The notes: generated by a model from the letters alone, not told the origin. Shown: positions 1-13,337, counted from the first letter of the whole stretch. The stretch is 62,568 nucleotides of DNA, filler included, from Choristocarpus tenellus KU-1152 (GCA_964200185.2; 8 parts of 8 records of this genome joined end to end with filler, not necessarily neighbours in it); one strand, 5' to 3'. Numbers and translations: made by a program.

Positions 1-80
1 CCTTAATCGGTACCACGGTATAACGGTATATGGCATACGAGCAATACGGTATAATAACAGACAAACATGCTTTCCACAAT
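1..80. repeat. Dispersed repeat end rich in CGGTA motifs; inverted copy at 45510-45592
   Basis: cggtaccacggtataac...atacggtat..taacagacaaacatgctttccacaat is nearly the reverse complement of 45510-45590. Both copies sit at sequence/contig ends. Confidence 0.8.
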
Positions 81-82
81 AT

Positions 83-118
<36 letters not shown>

Positions 119-123
<5 letters not shown>

Positions 124-812
124 GCCCTCTGACATTTGCAGATGTGTCAGGGGGGAAACAAATGAAAACTATATATATGTTAGTACAAGCCCTAAGGAAA
201 TAAAATATCATAAATGTGAAAAGCACTCATCTATTTGTTACTTCACCACTATCGATGTTGTACTACTGCCTTCCTGCGCCTCCGATCTACCTACTCCTAC
301 GCCCCGAGGGGAGGAGCTAGGGAGGCATCCCAAGAATCCAATACGCCCCCCCGTGCCCATCTGCCTGGTGACTCTAGCTTAAAACGCATGACATGTACAG
401 ACAGTGCCACTTGCGTAGTCACCGATACAATTTGGCGTAGCCGGGATTTGACTACTCCTTTTCTGCTTTATCCACCAGTTCCTCTCCCCTCCACCATGTG
501 AGTGGCCAGCTCATCCAGGAAGCATTCCGCTTGCTTGCCGAGGCGCCCAAAACTTTCCACCGCGAAGGTGTTGAAGTTACAACTACGAGGATCAAAGGAG
601 CTTTAATAGTGGGTGCGCTTACGCGCCTCGGCTGCAGCAGCAGCTCTACACCATTGCTGGTGGATGAGTGGGTTAGGTGGGAGGTTGCCTGTACCTCTGC
701 GAAGGTGACGTTTAGCAGAAGACCCTTGTCCCTCTAGGGAGCTGTTCCGGTGTCCGCTAGTGCCCCTGCGTGAAACACCAGATCCATGCGGAGATTTCTG
801 TCCAATGTGAAA
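119..812 (-). mobile_element. 5'-truncated CRE-like (RLE-clade) non-LTR retrotransposon, 3' part (copy 1)
   Basis: The minus strand reads ...LLLNVTFAEVQATSH...AAAAEARKRTHY...FAVESFGRLGKQAECFLDELA..., matching the restriction-like endonuclease C-terminus pattern D-x-T...AA..AE..K...Y...ExxGxxG (the Asp is intact, LLDVTFAEV, in the copy at 49770-51371, to which this is homologous). It ends in a hairpin plus (ATA)-type tail next to a (TA)n tract at 87-117. Confidence 0.75.
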
Positions 813-2504
813 GGGCTATATATTATCATGTTTTTTAGAAATTTTCCAGACGTACCAACGTTATTCTTTTTCCGAATAGTCCATGAAAACATCTACCAAA
901 TGTCACTTGACGTAATATATGGAATAAGCATCGTTCGTAAACAGTGTTCCCTTACTATGCGACAATACACCCAAAACAGCCACATTGCTGTTTACCTAAA
1001 GTTACGCAACATCGGACAGGAGATTGATCCATTTACCTTGACCCAGGGATCGACCCCTGCTCCTGCCTAAAACTCCATGTTTTTCTCTCGACTTCTGTTG
1101 TTTGCGATACACGGTAGTATGTACAATTCGTTATCATTTAGTACTAGTCCTCCACAGTAGTATTAAAGAATCATTACATACAACAAAACGATCAACATAC
1201 CATTCAATCATATGAACAAAATACCGAACTCTTTATACTGCCATTTATTCTCTTCTCCAGCTTAGGGATATACTATACAAACCCTTGGTCAGAGCAGAGG
1301 CTCATCAAATTGCATTTCTCACACTACCTAATGTAACGATCCAGTGCACTACGACCTATCCATGCCTTGCTTCTTGTGAGTTGGATCCAACCATCCCACT
1401 GCTTGTTGCTTCACCTCGTCCAATATCAACAATTATGCTGGACCCGCATGGCAATGTAGCCTTGCCACCTCATTTTGATCTCCCACGCAATGTGGTATAG
1501 GAACAAAAAACAGGACAGTACAGAGAGGTGAATACTCTGTGTACTATCTGTATTGCTTTCCAATTCAACTTTGGTTAATTTTGAAAACCAATTTCCGCTC
1601 ATAGTAGGGTCTGCCCTCAAATAAATAGGTTTGGACCTACCCGTGAAACTATTAAGCCACAAGGATGCTCGTCTAGGATGGTGTACTTGTATGGTATACT
1701 GTGTTACAACAATATTTGGAATTGCCAATCTATGAAGCATGGACAGTTCATCTCGACAGAGCAAGAGGGGTGCGACTACCACCATTTCTTCATTCAGAGG
1801 GTCGGGTTGAGGACAAGCAAGAGGTAACTGTGAGGGATAGCTACACTGTAACAAAAAGAAGAAAAGCAAATTCTAGAATTTTCTTCCAGACGTGGGTGTC
1901 ATGGGCCTACTGCTGTTCTTCTTGAGGTGGGCTATGGTAGGTCTGGATGGAGGCAGTGTCCAGAGAGCGAGTAGTCGTGCACTCTTGCATTCAAAAGCAC
2001 AGTCTCATTACCAAAAACACAACAAGTAGCCTCTTCCTGGCAATACAGCACAGATACAAGGTACTCTGTCTTCAATAGTCTACAAACACACATAAATACG
2101 GAGGAGTGTATCATCAGTAGTTAACCGACATACTGACAAATAAGGAGAATTTTCTTCAAGGTGCCAAACAAAGTAGGACAACGACAAAATCGTTCACACA
2201 TACTTCATTATTGCAAGATGTGCGATGCATGCCTGTATTCTCAAGCGTACAATCAAGCAAATGCCATGAAGAATGAACGAACATGTGGACCTTTACTGGA
2301 GGTGCCATACACCCAAGCCATAGTTTGAGCATGGTTGTCTCCCTGAACATTTCCTGGGTAAGTACATCACTGAATGTCTCGTGTCTCGTGTCTTGTGTCA
2401 ACATCTCCCAAAAAACAAAAATATAACTGTGTTAAAAAAAACCCAAGGGAAATGATTTAAATAACATACTGTAAATAACTTCATTATCTTCCTCATACTT
2501 TCTA

Positions 2505-3852
2505 TCACGATCCAAATGTATCACTACTAGAGACATCAGCCATGCGCTTGAACTCATAACCACCGAGGCCATCAAAGCGCAGGAGGTGCTGACATTAAAA
2601 TATCAATATCAAAACAGGTAGAGACAGACATGCAGACGGACAGAGCAAGCAGAGCAGAACAGCCACAGAATAAGGAGAAAAAAGGGGAAGGGGTGGTGGT
2701 TTGATTAGGATTTACACACTTTGCACAAAATGTTTGCTTCAATCAAGTTAGCATTGCCCGTCTACATGTGTGTGTGTGTGTGTGTGGAACTATTCTATCT
2801 CAAAAAAGAAAAATCGGAAACACCATGCATTTTGACATCAATAAATTTATCAATAATAATATTATAAAAAACAGAACGGTCCGTGTGTCACAATCACCAC
2901 CAACAGGGTACCTGCATTCCTTCCATCACACTATTACAAATATACAACTACCAATACCCCTAACCCTGTATCTATGCCGAGGTAAGACAAATGAACAGGC
3001 TGTGGTCCAGCATACTGAGGGTTTGCCAGCAAAGTGTCTTCATGTTGTTCACATACCCACATGTCAATCAAAAGCCAAAGAAGGGGGTGGGTATCCTTGC
3101 CAAATGAACCAAACTAGTAGTTTCTATGAATAATTATAAGTGTACCACTCCATCACAGATCACACACACACTAGTCAATGATAGGCAGGGGGGGGGGGCA
3201 TCCTTGTCAAGTCAACCAAACTAGTAGTTCCTCTGCATAACAAATTAAAGTACACTACTCTATCACAGAGATCACTACATCAGTACTGTGTCAAAAATGT
3301 TTTTTTCTAAGAACCCAAACACTGTGACAATATCACAACTCAACAATTATCTCCCAACCCGCTTCCTCTCCCATTTTGTTTTCAGCATTCAATTTATTTT
3401 ATATGTACTGCACTTCATGCTGGAAAAAAAGGAGGGAATCTAATCCATTCCCATTGGATACACACACACAAAATGACTAATGGAAGATGAGAATACATCC
3501 ACCCACCCACCCCCACCCACCCACAACACCCACAACACAATAAACTTGACTCAACTCTTAGCAGATGATTCCAATGTCATCCGACCACATTGAAATAATA
3601 CAGTTTTACACCCCTATAAAAAACCCAACACTACAATTTATTATCTCTCATTTTTCACATGCATCAAATAAAGGGTACACTAACCAAGCACTTGCCATAG
3701 ATAACTTCCTCTACCCCCCTCCCAACGTTTAAAAAAAAAAAAGTGCTTACACTGTGGTACTTCCAGAGGCTCTTCCTGTGTGAAACCGTAAATAGGGTGA
3801 TGCCCATATCACTTGCCAATGTGTAGATGTCGCCCTCGACGTCCATGCTCAC
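2505..3852 (-). CDS. ABCD: Peroxisomal ABC transporter subfamily D (PMP70/PXA-like), last two exons (3751-3852, 2505-2588); 5' part missing
   Basis: In-frame GT-AG exons give [34 protein letters not shown] + [27 protein letters not shown]. This is the typical ABCD D-loop/H-loop C-terminus ([17 protein letters not shown]...DG.GGY.F). Confidence 0.92.
3084..3275. repeat. Diverged tandem duplication (~105 bp unit) in the ABCD intron
   Basis: ggg..atccttg.caa.t.aaccaaactagtagtt...atcacaga occurs twice, at ~3084 and ~3190. Confidence 0.75.
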
Positions 3853-4051
3853 CTTGGAAAAAAGGGAACAAAAATAAATAAATACATACAGAAACATCAA
3901 TAGTATAAAATGAGGGCATATTAGATACCTAGATTGTGCTTTGTCACCTTATAGAGTTACCACGGTATATAGTGAAATAAAAGGACAAGAAAGAAGAAAG
4001 AATGAAGGATCCATCCAATCAAGGTGGTGTATGTGGTGTTTGTGTGTATGT

Positions 4052-4093
<42 letters not shown>

Positions 4094-4115
4094 AGGAAGG
4101 AGAGGAGGAAGAAGA

Positions 4116-4216
4116 ANNNNNNNNNNNNNNNNNNNNNNNNNNNNNNNNNNNNNNNNNNNNTTAATTAATTAANNNNNNNNNNNNNNNNNNNNNNNNNNNN
4201 NNNNNNNNNNNNNNNN
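4116..4216. other. Artificial contig spacer N-TTAATTAATTAA-N (also at ~8083-8183, 30950-31049, 41945-42044, 45593-45692, 51372-51471, 59575-59674)
   Basis: The same six-frame-stop linker flanked by N runs occurs seven times, so the window holds 8 joined contigs. Confidence 0.97.
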
Positions 4217-4712
4217 GGCCCCTAATGGACAGCTGGCTCCCCCCCCCAGACACTTTGAGCCTGATGTTTTCTGCGTCTTACAATGTTCCTGTCCCTGCTA
4301 ATTGAGCTTCCAAGAGGACACTGAGGGAGGAAAAAATGGTGTCCTAAGCAGATATTAGTTTGTTTCCTGCATTAATCACATTGAGTGGTAGAACAACCTC
4401 ACAATGACTGTGGGACAAGGTTCTAGGTTAAGGCCACCTTATGGGAAGCTTTCGTGTGTCTGCAATGAAGATGGGTCACCATGTTCGAGAATTTTTGGGA
4501 ACTACCTGGCGCCATGTGGTAGTGTCGACCTCCCAACAATAGCACTATTTCGGGCAAGCATGCCTAGAGGCGCTACGTTCATTTAAAGCAGTTGTAGTCA
4601 CTCACAGCTCTGGCGATACTTGACCACAATATCTCTTCATTTTCCCCAAAACTTGACCTCTTCACGGCCTACTACCCCACATATTTTTCACTTTGACGAC
4701 TTGAATTTGCAG

Positions 4713-7700
4713 AATTTCGAGGATCTGACCACAGACTTGGGAACAAGCACATTTGCTTTTGTCAAGACTCACATCCTACAGGCCAAACGGGCCCAAGAAC
4801 GAGCAAATCTCAAGCAGCAAAGATTTAATGCCCCCTTTTCAGAGGGAGTTGGGGGACTGGATCATGACGCGGGATGGAATGTGAAAGCAGATGGGAGCAG
4901 AGAAGGAGGACGGGACAAACATTCTAGAATGATAGCATCTCCTGAGGCTTGGGAACGCCTTAACTCCCTCATGTACACAAGGGAGCAAACAGGAGAGTCA
5001 GTTCCATTCCCACAAGGCCTAGGTGGGCTCCTATCAGCTGTGTCAGCGGTACTGAGTCATTGTGTTGGCACTGGTGACTTGGCAGTGAGGTTGTCAGTGG
5101 TACTAGATGACCTCACATTATTTATGGCCCAGCGGTCAGAGAAGGAGCGACAGGGAGTCATAGAGACCCTGACAACCCCTATCGAGGCAGTTGAGGAGAA
5201 GCTAACTGCCTTGGAGGAAAAGCTGGGCGGATTTCAACGCACCATGCATCTTGTTGTCCATGAGGTTGACAATGACAAGGCCCGGTCCGACGCCATCAAG
5301 GTATGGAGAAGACCGTTGGTAGAAGAACATTAGGAAGGAATGAGAGGAGGGCGAAGCTAGTCTCCTCGGTCCCCCCAAGCATTTGTGTGTTTGTGACATG
5401 GATAGGAGAAGTTCAGACGTATTCTTTGTCAAGTTTTAAATTTTCAAAACTTGAAGGTACTTTGTTATCAATGCATATGCCTCTAATCTCCGCATCAGTT
5501 GCACCGCCCCCCTTAAGTCTATCGCCCCCCCTTACCCTCTTATTAACCTTTGCTGGGTGAAGTCCTTGGGCTCAACAGTGGAAGAAATGCAGGCCCTGTT
5601 CGCTGGTGTTAGAAACGAACTACATTCAAAGGCAAGTGTGTCCGAGATCGAGAATGCTCTCGAGGAGATGACCAACAAGATCAAGAGTTCAACTGATCAG
5701 CAGAGCAGACTGCAGCAACTGGCCCGGACCCTTGGGATGGATAATGAAAACGCCCAGGCTATTAAGAAACTGAGGGTAGAGCTAGAGCAGGTGAATAAAT
5801 GTGCAAGAGTGGAAGCTTAGGTGGTGAAGGAGGGCTGAAAAGAGAGTCTAGGGCTAAGGGCGCGCGTAGGTTCTAACGTAGAAATGGGTAAAAGTTGCAC
5901 GGGCAAACATAAATTCAAGTCAATATTAGAAGCAAGAGTCAGTATACAAAGCAGGAAACCTATTGTAGTATTTTCTTCAAAGCTTTGGGCACGGGGTAAT
6001 GTCTACCTACCTAACATTGGGGTTTGGTTGGCATTAAATCACTCATAAGAGAGATAAAGGGATGCACTGTAAGAGTCAAAGTATTTTAGAGGGTAGAGTC
6101 ACATCGCATCCGTTTGGAGGTCAAAATCCAATGTTGCGATTTTGATGTATTTTTGGCTATCGTGTTTGTTAGGGAGTGTCAATATCCTTGTTCCGGACAC
6201 ACGAGTTCATATCGTACACATTTTACCTACTCCGAAACATTTCGGAGTAAGAATATGTCATAAAAAAACCCATGGGAAGCCAAGCCTCAAACGGACAAAC
6301 AGGGCAATACCCGTACCCTATAAGATACTTTCACTCTAACCTGTACTGACTTGTCGAATGTTGGCAAAATCAGGTAGATTAAGAGAAACCCATGGTCTCA
6401 AGCACAGATGTACGGTATTGGAACTGTCTCTATTGTATCTGTTCAATGTATGAAATATATACACGAAAGTAATCATGTGGAGCCCTGTGCAAATTTTTGT
6501 TTGTATCTATCATCTCACATGATGTGTCATGTACTCTGCTTTGCTCTCGAATTTTGGAGTGCTCTTTTGTGCTGTACTGGAGTATGAGCGATGATCTTTG
6601 CACTGTATCTCCCGGCGTGGAAACTTTGCCTTAAAACCTTCATAACACTATAAGCGGCATGAAAGATGTGCTGCCAGGATAATGCAGTGCATAACATGAC
6701 ACAGGCAGTTGAAACTTCACATTTTTTTCTCTTGGTGTTATACTTGTAACACTAGAACTCCAAGTACACAATACTTTCAATGAAAATGCAGTGTGGGTGA
6801 TAGTTTATCACGACCTGGTGGGTACAACAAGCCTTTCGAAGGAAGTAGACCCTACTTTAATTTCCGCTGTGAGGGGAAAATAGATGAAAACTGATAGAAC
6901 AAAAAATTGAACAGGATCATCCATCTGGTACTCTTGAGCTGTCACGGTGTGAATTTTCTCCTCTCATCTCTTTTTTCACTCAAGGAATACAATGAACTGA
7001 TCTTTAGCACCTCAGGCCTGATAATGGTTGTGAGTGCCACACATTTCATGCTTTGTGCTGGTAAGGCACGTTCATTTAATGTCAAGCTGTAACACAATAC
7101 TTTGATGAAGATGGCAATGCAACACACAAGTTTGACAGGGTCATTGTATATTCTTGGAGAACACTTATCATATCACGAACTTCATGTTATCACTAGATAC
7201 ATGTGCAAGCGTTGCTCCTCGTTCCCAAAGTCTCTATATCTGTACATCAACCATTTGTGGTGGTGTACAACAGGGACATACTCAGTTGCTCCAGAATACA
7301 TGGAGACGTGCTGAAGTCTGGGTCCAGATGATGGTTTTGAGCCAAATGGTTAATAGGAAAGGTTACCATGAAGACCCTAAAAGGGGCTGTAAGAGTTCTT
7401 CCACATATGGATTGGTTTAAAATATTTTATCACAAGTAATAGTTACATCCTGTAATATTTTAATAATGACCCACTTTCAGCGGCTTCGTTCTACTTGCAC
7501 AAAAGTTTGTTACACACACTCAATTTTTGACCACTCAATTTCTCTATAACCCAGAAGGCCAATCATTTTTATACTCCTTTGTTCCACCTCAGGAAAACAC
7601 ATCTGGAGGGATCAAACAGCAGTAGATGTAGAAGGTGCATGGTGTTTTATTACCCATCCATTGAAGAGCTTCCCAGCTACTACAAACAGCAATGTTGCCT

Positions 7701-8082
7701 GTTCTCATCATAGATCATTTTTCTTCTCCATTGTATCCTCTCAGCCCACCTCTCTACTTGCTGCATCCCTCCTGCCCCCTGGAAAATCGCCCGGTTGGTC
7801 ATGCCCTGTCGGAGAAACAGACTCGCCTTGCAGCTATGCATGGACTGCTTCCATCAGCTGATAACCAGGTTCTCATTGGCTCCAAATGCCTTTCCTGCAA
7901 CCGCCCGCTCAACAGCATGATCTTCTCTCCCCCCCCCGAAGTGGCTAAGCTAGTTGAGTGGTTCCCCTCCTCCTCCAGTGCCAACACAGGAAAGGGGGAG
8001 CGTTTACTGGAGCCGGTTTCCACTGGGGGGGGCGGCATTTCTGCATCAAAGACACCAGGGCAAACCCAGTCCACAGTAACTC
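4713..8082 (+). CDS. Partial coiled-coil protein with C-terminal KCLSCNRP motif (DUF4795/QRICH2-like motif); exons 4713-5300, 5563-5790, ~7750-8082
   Basis: Phase-0 GT-AG exons give heptad-rich helices (IEAVEEKLTALEEKL; ELHSKASVSEIENALEEM). The last visible segment contains GSKCLSCNRPL; its acceptor is uncertain and it is cut by the contig end. Confidence 0.7.
6073..6336. mobile_element. MITE family B (~265 bp), intronic
   Basis: TIR GAGTCAAAGTATTTTAGAGGGTA / TACCCTATAAGATACTTTCACTC with TAA target-site duplication. Homologous to 13838-14099, 20065-20325, 21864-22202 and 51922-52181. Confidence 0.88.
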
Positions 8083-8183
8083 CNNNNNNNNNNNNNNNNN
8101 NNNNNNNNNNNNNNNNNNNNNNNNNNNTTAATTAATTAANNNNNNNNNNNNNNNNNNNNNNNNNNNNNNNNNNNNNNNNNNNN

Positions 8184-8228
<45 letters not shown>

Positions 8229-8936
8229 CGCGCGCTTGAACCTAGAGTAATTTAATTTGATACTTTAATTGCTGGAAAGGCAGGAGAGCACCAAAGTGTT
8301 TTGCCTGCAAGAGCCGTCAAAAGACACCAAAGTGTTTTGATTTTTCGTTGCGGACATTTTTTTTTTATTAATTTGATCCTACGGGAGCGATAGAAAATAT
8401 ATATTATTGGGTATTATCTTCTTTTTTTTTAGAGTATAAAATTCTTTTTTTTTCCGTCAGTTAATTATAAAAAAAACGAATCGATCTCGGTATGGATCCG
8501 GTTAAACAGGGCAGTGTACTGCAATAACTGAAGAACAAAAAAATAAACTATAAAAACTGTCTGTGGCATGGCATTGTCGTTTACGCTATTATTTATTTAT
8601 CAATGTCCTTGTACAACCTCTCAGATGATTACACTCGTTCCAACATTGTCACACATTTGCCATCACACCCAAGTTTAACTATTTTTCCGACCGCCAGTCA
8701 CACACACACACACACCCCTACATTATAATTTGTGATCCTCCCCAGTGTTGTTTTCATTCTGCGTAGTATGCATGCATACCTCCATGGTGCTAATTTACCT
8801 TCCACAAGTGACCTCTTCTCAGTTCCTCACCTCCCACCCACCCACTCACCCCCTCCCCCAGCTTAGCCCTTACCCCCCTGAGTCTCTTCTCCTGCCTGTC
8901 TCCTTCCATGGATGATTTGAAACGGCGAGCTATTAG

Positions 8937-11164
8937 TGGGATGCAGAGCCCTCTGTCCTTTGGGGGATTTGCTTGCCTCACTAGACATGTCAAGCGAATA
9001 TCCGATGCCCTCTCAGAGGTGTGTGTCTTTTGCTCCCTTTGTCTCTGCCTCGGTGTTGTTGCAGGTTTTGATTGCAATGGGATGTGGATCCTGGGGGGGG
9101 GGGGTTGTAACAATTATTATTATTGTTATTATTTTACTTTGTTCTTGGAATTTTATATTGTGCTGTTGGTCTGAAATATACGAACATTTAGGATTTTTAA
9201 TTTTTTCTTGAAGGCTTTGTTCTCGTTGAAAAGTGTTGTCATGGTTCAAAATACTGTTTTTTGAGGAAGAGGGAGGGGGGGGGGGGGGGGGGGGGGGGGN
9301 NNNNNNNNGTGGGTTTGTTGTTTGGTGTTTTGGTGTTTTTTTTGGGGTGTTGGGGTGTGGTGGGGTGGGGGGTGTTGGGTGGAGGGGGATATTTTGTCGT
9401 TTGTTGACATGCGCAGTGTTGTTTTTCATTGAACATATCATTAAGAGCATCACAGGCTCTCTATTCGTTACGTGAATTCTGCTGTAGAGCCAGTTCAGCT
9501 TTGTGGAGAAAAAAATATATACATATAGGTTTCCTTTTTTTAGAGGATTGATAAGGAACGTGTAATGAACAACATTTGATGACATTAATTGACTAGCCTG
9601 TATTCTCATCAACCACATCCCAGTGGCTTGTGAGCCTGAGACAGCAGGTGGACAATTAGCCCCCTTCCTGACCCACCATCAACTCGATACCTATTGTGTT
9701 GCATTTAAACCAATATGACCCTCCTGTCCCTGCGACTCTACATACCCCTCGGAAACTGTTCCAACACCTTGGAAGGCCTCACCTCCTCAGTGTGTTATAT
9801 TTTTGTTATCCGAGTGTGTTCGACGCCCGAATTGTGAGGGTACATAATTCCGAGTACCTTTTAATGTCACTACGTCAAGAGGTGCGGATACAGTGCAACC
9901 CAGTGTGGTGTCCCGTATGTAGCTTGGTGGCTAGTAGTAGACTCTTCAGTGTGTAGTGATTGACCTGGATTGAATTGAAGTAAAATGTCTGCGCTCTGCG
10001 CCATGTTACATTTGTTCAATTCTCCGTGAATGAGCCACGTCGATTGAGAGGTAGGGGGCAGGTTTGGACCCCCCTTATTGCATTCTGAACCGTCTTTGTT
10101 GCCCTGTGCAATATGCTTCTATTTCATTATTTAGTGTACACTATAATTGTGTATGGTGTATGGATATTCCCCCTTTCCACACCCAAACTGACACCACGAT
10201 TCAGTAAAGGCTCTTTCTGTGATTGTACAAGATGGGATATAGTTTCCCCCCCCCTTACCTCTGGATCCTTGAAGTGCAGCCCTAATCCTACCCCTCGATT
10301 GCCTCGACACCGATCACCTCACTACGGCAACACACAGTCACACAACGCCTTCCTTCTCACAGTAAAATACGTAACGCACGCCTGTTTGTTACACACACAC
10401 ACACACACACTCACACATATTTATTTTTTACCTTTTTAACAGGCATTAGAGGTGGACCTCCTGGACCGTGACTCCTTGCAGAGGATAAACGCCTATCAAC
10501 CGGCCCTGACCTCTACCTGGATGTTCCAGAAGTCAATGAGTGTTGGCGTGGGGGAAAGGGTAGACCCTAATCTCATTGTGGATCTCCTTGCAAACAACTT
10601 CCGATCTATGGGGAAGGTGAGGAAACACGGGGGGTTGGGGGCGGGGAAATAGTGCCACTGACAGACGGACTGACTGACGGAGTCCTTCTTTGCTATGGGC
10701 GTCCCTGGTGATGTGGAATTGACCCTCTTCCCTCTGCTGTTGAGAGGGTTGCGATTTGGTGAGAGATGTGTAGGTAGTGTGCCGGTTTGCTGCAAGAGTG
10801 TCCCTTTGAGTATTGGTTTTTGTACTTGAAGAGGCGGTGGTTCTGCGGTTTTAGTGCGGCTGTTTGATGTTGATGTTCAGTTGTGCTCTGGTGTTCACTC
10901 AGTGCTCTCAGACCTGCGTACACGCCGTTGTGTTTTTTGAGGTGGAAATGAATGTTGGATTCATTGTGAAATAATCTCGGTATTCATGACACATGCATCT
11001 TTTGTCTACCCAGCGAGCGCCCCAAATGCTGAAGCCAGCGGTTGTGCCTCTGCCTACCCCTCACCAACATCCCATGCTCTCTTCCCCCGTCAACAAACCT
11101 TCAAATTGACTACTGTATTGTGTTGAGAGGTTTTATTGGTATATTGTTGGTAGTTCTTCCCTCC

Positions 11165-11200
<36 letters not shown>

Positions 11201-12315
11201 ACTCTAATCTAACTGTTGCTCTATCNNNNNNNNNNTTTTCTGTGTTGGTTTTTTTTTTTGTTTTTTTTTTTATTTCCCCCCCCCCCCCCCCCCCCCCCCC
11301 CCCACATCCTTCCACTTCTAGTTATGCCAAGATTGCTGCTCTGTACTCACTATCTTTGCATTATTTTGAAATGGTTATAATTATTGCCTTGAATGATGAA
11401 TGATCAAATAATATTATGATAAGATCAGCGGATTTGGGGGTGTTTTAGGGCATCGAATGTACGGAATTGGCTCATTTCGGGAAGAAAAAAAAAAAGGTTT
11501 TATTGGTCTACTACAATCAACCTTTTTTTGTATTATTAGTCATTTATTTGCCCCACTACGTCCCCTCTCTACCCGTTACAATGCTGGCATCCCAGATGGG
11601 AATGCCTGTACTGAAGCCATTCCTCCAGGATGTGGTTCAGTTCGCCCCCCTTGCACGAGTTCTGTTTGGGGTGACTCTTGATGCACCTTTGTCCATCCCC
11701 CCCCTTCTTGCCCACGTAGGGGTGGGGCCCTTGCTGGACTGGACAGGTGTGTAGAGTTTGGTAGAGATGAAAGGCTTGTGGTGGATGTATGGTGAGGGTG
11801 ATAATGCTCTTGGTTGGGGGGGAGGGGAGATTAGTCGTTATGTGCACATACATGTACTGTACTTGATCATTCAAATTTTGTTGAAGTAAAATGATGCCAT
11901 CAGCAACATTGAAGGGCTAGGGAAGTGTGGCAGGACTGATGCATGCATTTTATTGGCTCATTGTACTGAAGTGAGCTCTCTTGTTGGTGTATATATAGTG
12001 CTTTTCGTGCCTGGGGTTGAGCTCTACAGCACCACCATGTGAATCATGTTGGTATTGCAATTGCTGTTAGTGTAGGTGTGATTTTTGATACTGGTACTAT
12101 TAAGAGTATTGTAGGGTCAGGGCTAAAATACCCTTGTGTGTGTTAAGGACTGAGTGTTTGTACTCAATGTAATATTAGATTAGTTTTGAAGGCTGGAAAT
12201 CTCTTTGGGGTAAATTTGGGTAGGATTTTTTTACTGTGTGTTGGTGAGTGAGGCACACTCTGCAAGGGGTGATGTTGCTTCAAATGTACAGATGTGGGTT
12301 GTAGAGAGTTGGGGG

Positions 12316-12352
<37 letters not shown>

Positions 12353-12434
12353 AAGAAAAAGAGAGGGGGGGGGGAAAAAAATATGGAAAAACAAAAAGAG
12401 GAAAAAAAAATAAATTTTTTTATTTGTGGGGGAG

Positions 12435-12487
<53 letters not shown>

Positions 12488-13337
12488 GGAGGGCAGGCAC
12501 GGAATACTAAGATGAGTGAGGATGAAGATATATATGATGACACAAGAGGTACAATGAAATTAACTTTTTGTACTATGTGTTCTTAACTTCTCTCAGTACA
12601 TGTATGGTTATCCCATGTATGATTTGGTTTCCATATATGATGTGGTCGCAATTGCTCGAAACCCATGCAGGAGCACCCAGGAGGCCTGGGTTTATGGAGC
12701 GCACACATGGGTGTAAGTAGTATGACTAGTCCCAGAAGCTGTAGAGTGCATGTGTGAGTGTGTGTAATAGCAGTTGTTACTAGTGCACTTACTGAACACT
12801 CAATATGTTTTTGTGAGGATGGTTGTTCTTATCTGCCACTCATAGATATTTAGTGAAGTTTATTAAGGTACCGGAGTGGGGAAATGAGGGTGAGCATGTA
12901 AATATGGTGGGGAGCACTTGAAGATTTGTTCTGTCTACAAATGAAGCATGTGCTAAGAGTCTTGAGTGCTGTTTGGCTGTTTGTTGTCACTCCTACTGTT
13001 GATTTCTCTATTACCATATTCTACTGTCTTCTATTTCCCCCCACATACCCGCCATCTCTGTCATCATCACCCGTTGCCCCCTCCCCCGCCCCCACATCTC
13101 TTCCATTCCACATGGCCTCACAAACTAGGCCACTTCTTCAGCATGGGTTTGTACGCAGTGTTGCACCAAGTGGCATCTGGGCCTCTCCGGCAACGCCTTC
13201 CCACCATGACTGCAGAAGAGCGGTATCGGACCAACCGCCTTCTCGACTCATGGGAATATGGAAGCGGCCTAGATTATGAGTATGATGGACCTGGGCCTGG
13301 TGGAGAGGAGTCAGAGGGTCGGAGGTTCAGGCCGTAA
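8937..13337 (+). CDS. cruP: CruP-type lycopene cyclase paralogue / FAD-dependent oxidoreductase, last 4 exons (8937-9018, 10443-10616, 11596-11746, 13129-13337)
   Basis: Phase-consistent splicing gives SGMQSPLSFGGFACLTRHVKRISDALSE-ALEVDLLD..YQPALTSTWMFQKSMSV..-MGMPVLKPFLQDVVQF..-GHF..RLLDSWEYGSGLDYE. The QSPLSFGGF, LKPFLQDVVQF and WxYGSGxDY motifs are characteristic of the CruA/CruP family C-terminus. Confidence 0.85.
9690..10000 (+). mobile_element. Highly decayed Ty3/Gypsy integrase Zn-binding fragment inside the CruP intron
   Basis: Broken frames resemble H...GH.G......YP.VFDA...C followed by a CVVIDL-like start of the rve core. Multiple stops and frameshifts. Confidence 0.3.

Noticed and set aside
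4161-4172. Recurrent TTAATTAATTAA palindrome as a biological repeat or piggyBac target
   Set aside because: It is always embedded between fixed N runs, so it is a synthetic six-frame-stop linker.
12164-12586. Poly-Gly/poly-Pro ORFs (also ~4050, 9233-9475, 11133-11315)
   Set aside because: They derive from intronic poly-G/C tracts, mostly next to N gaps with low-quality-looking sequence; probably partly sequencing artefact.
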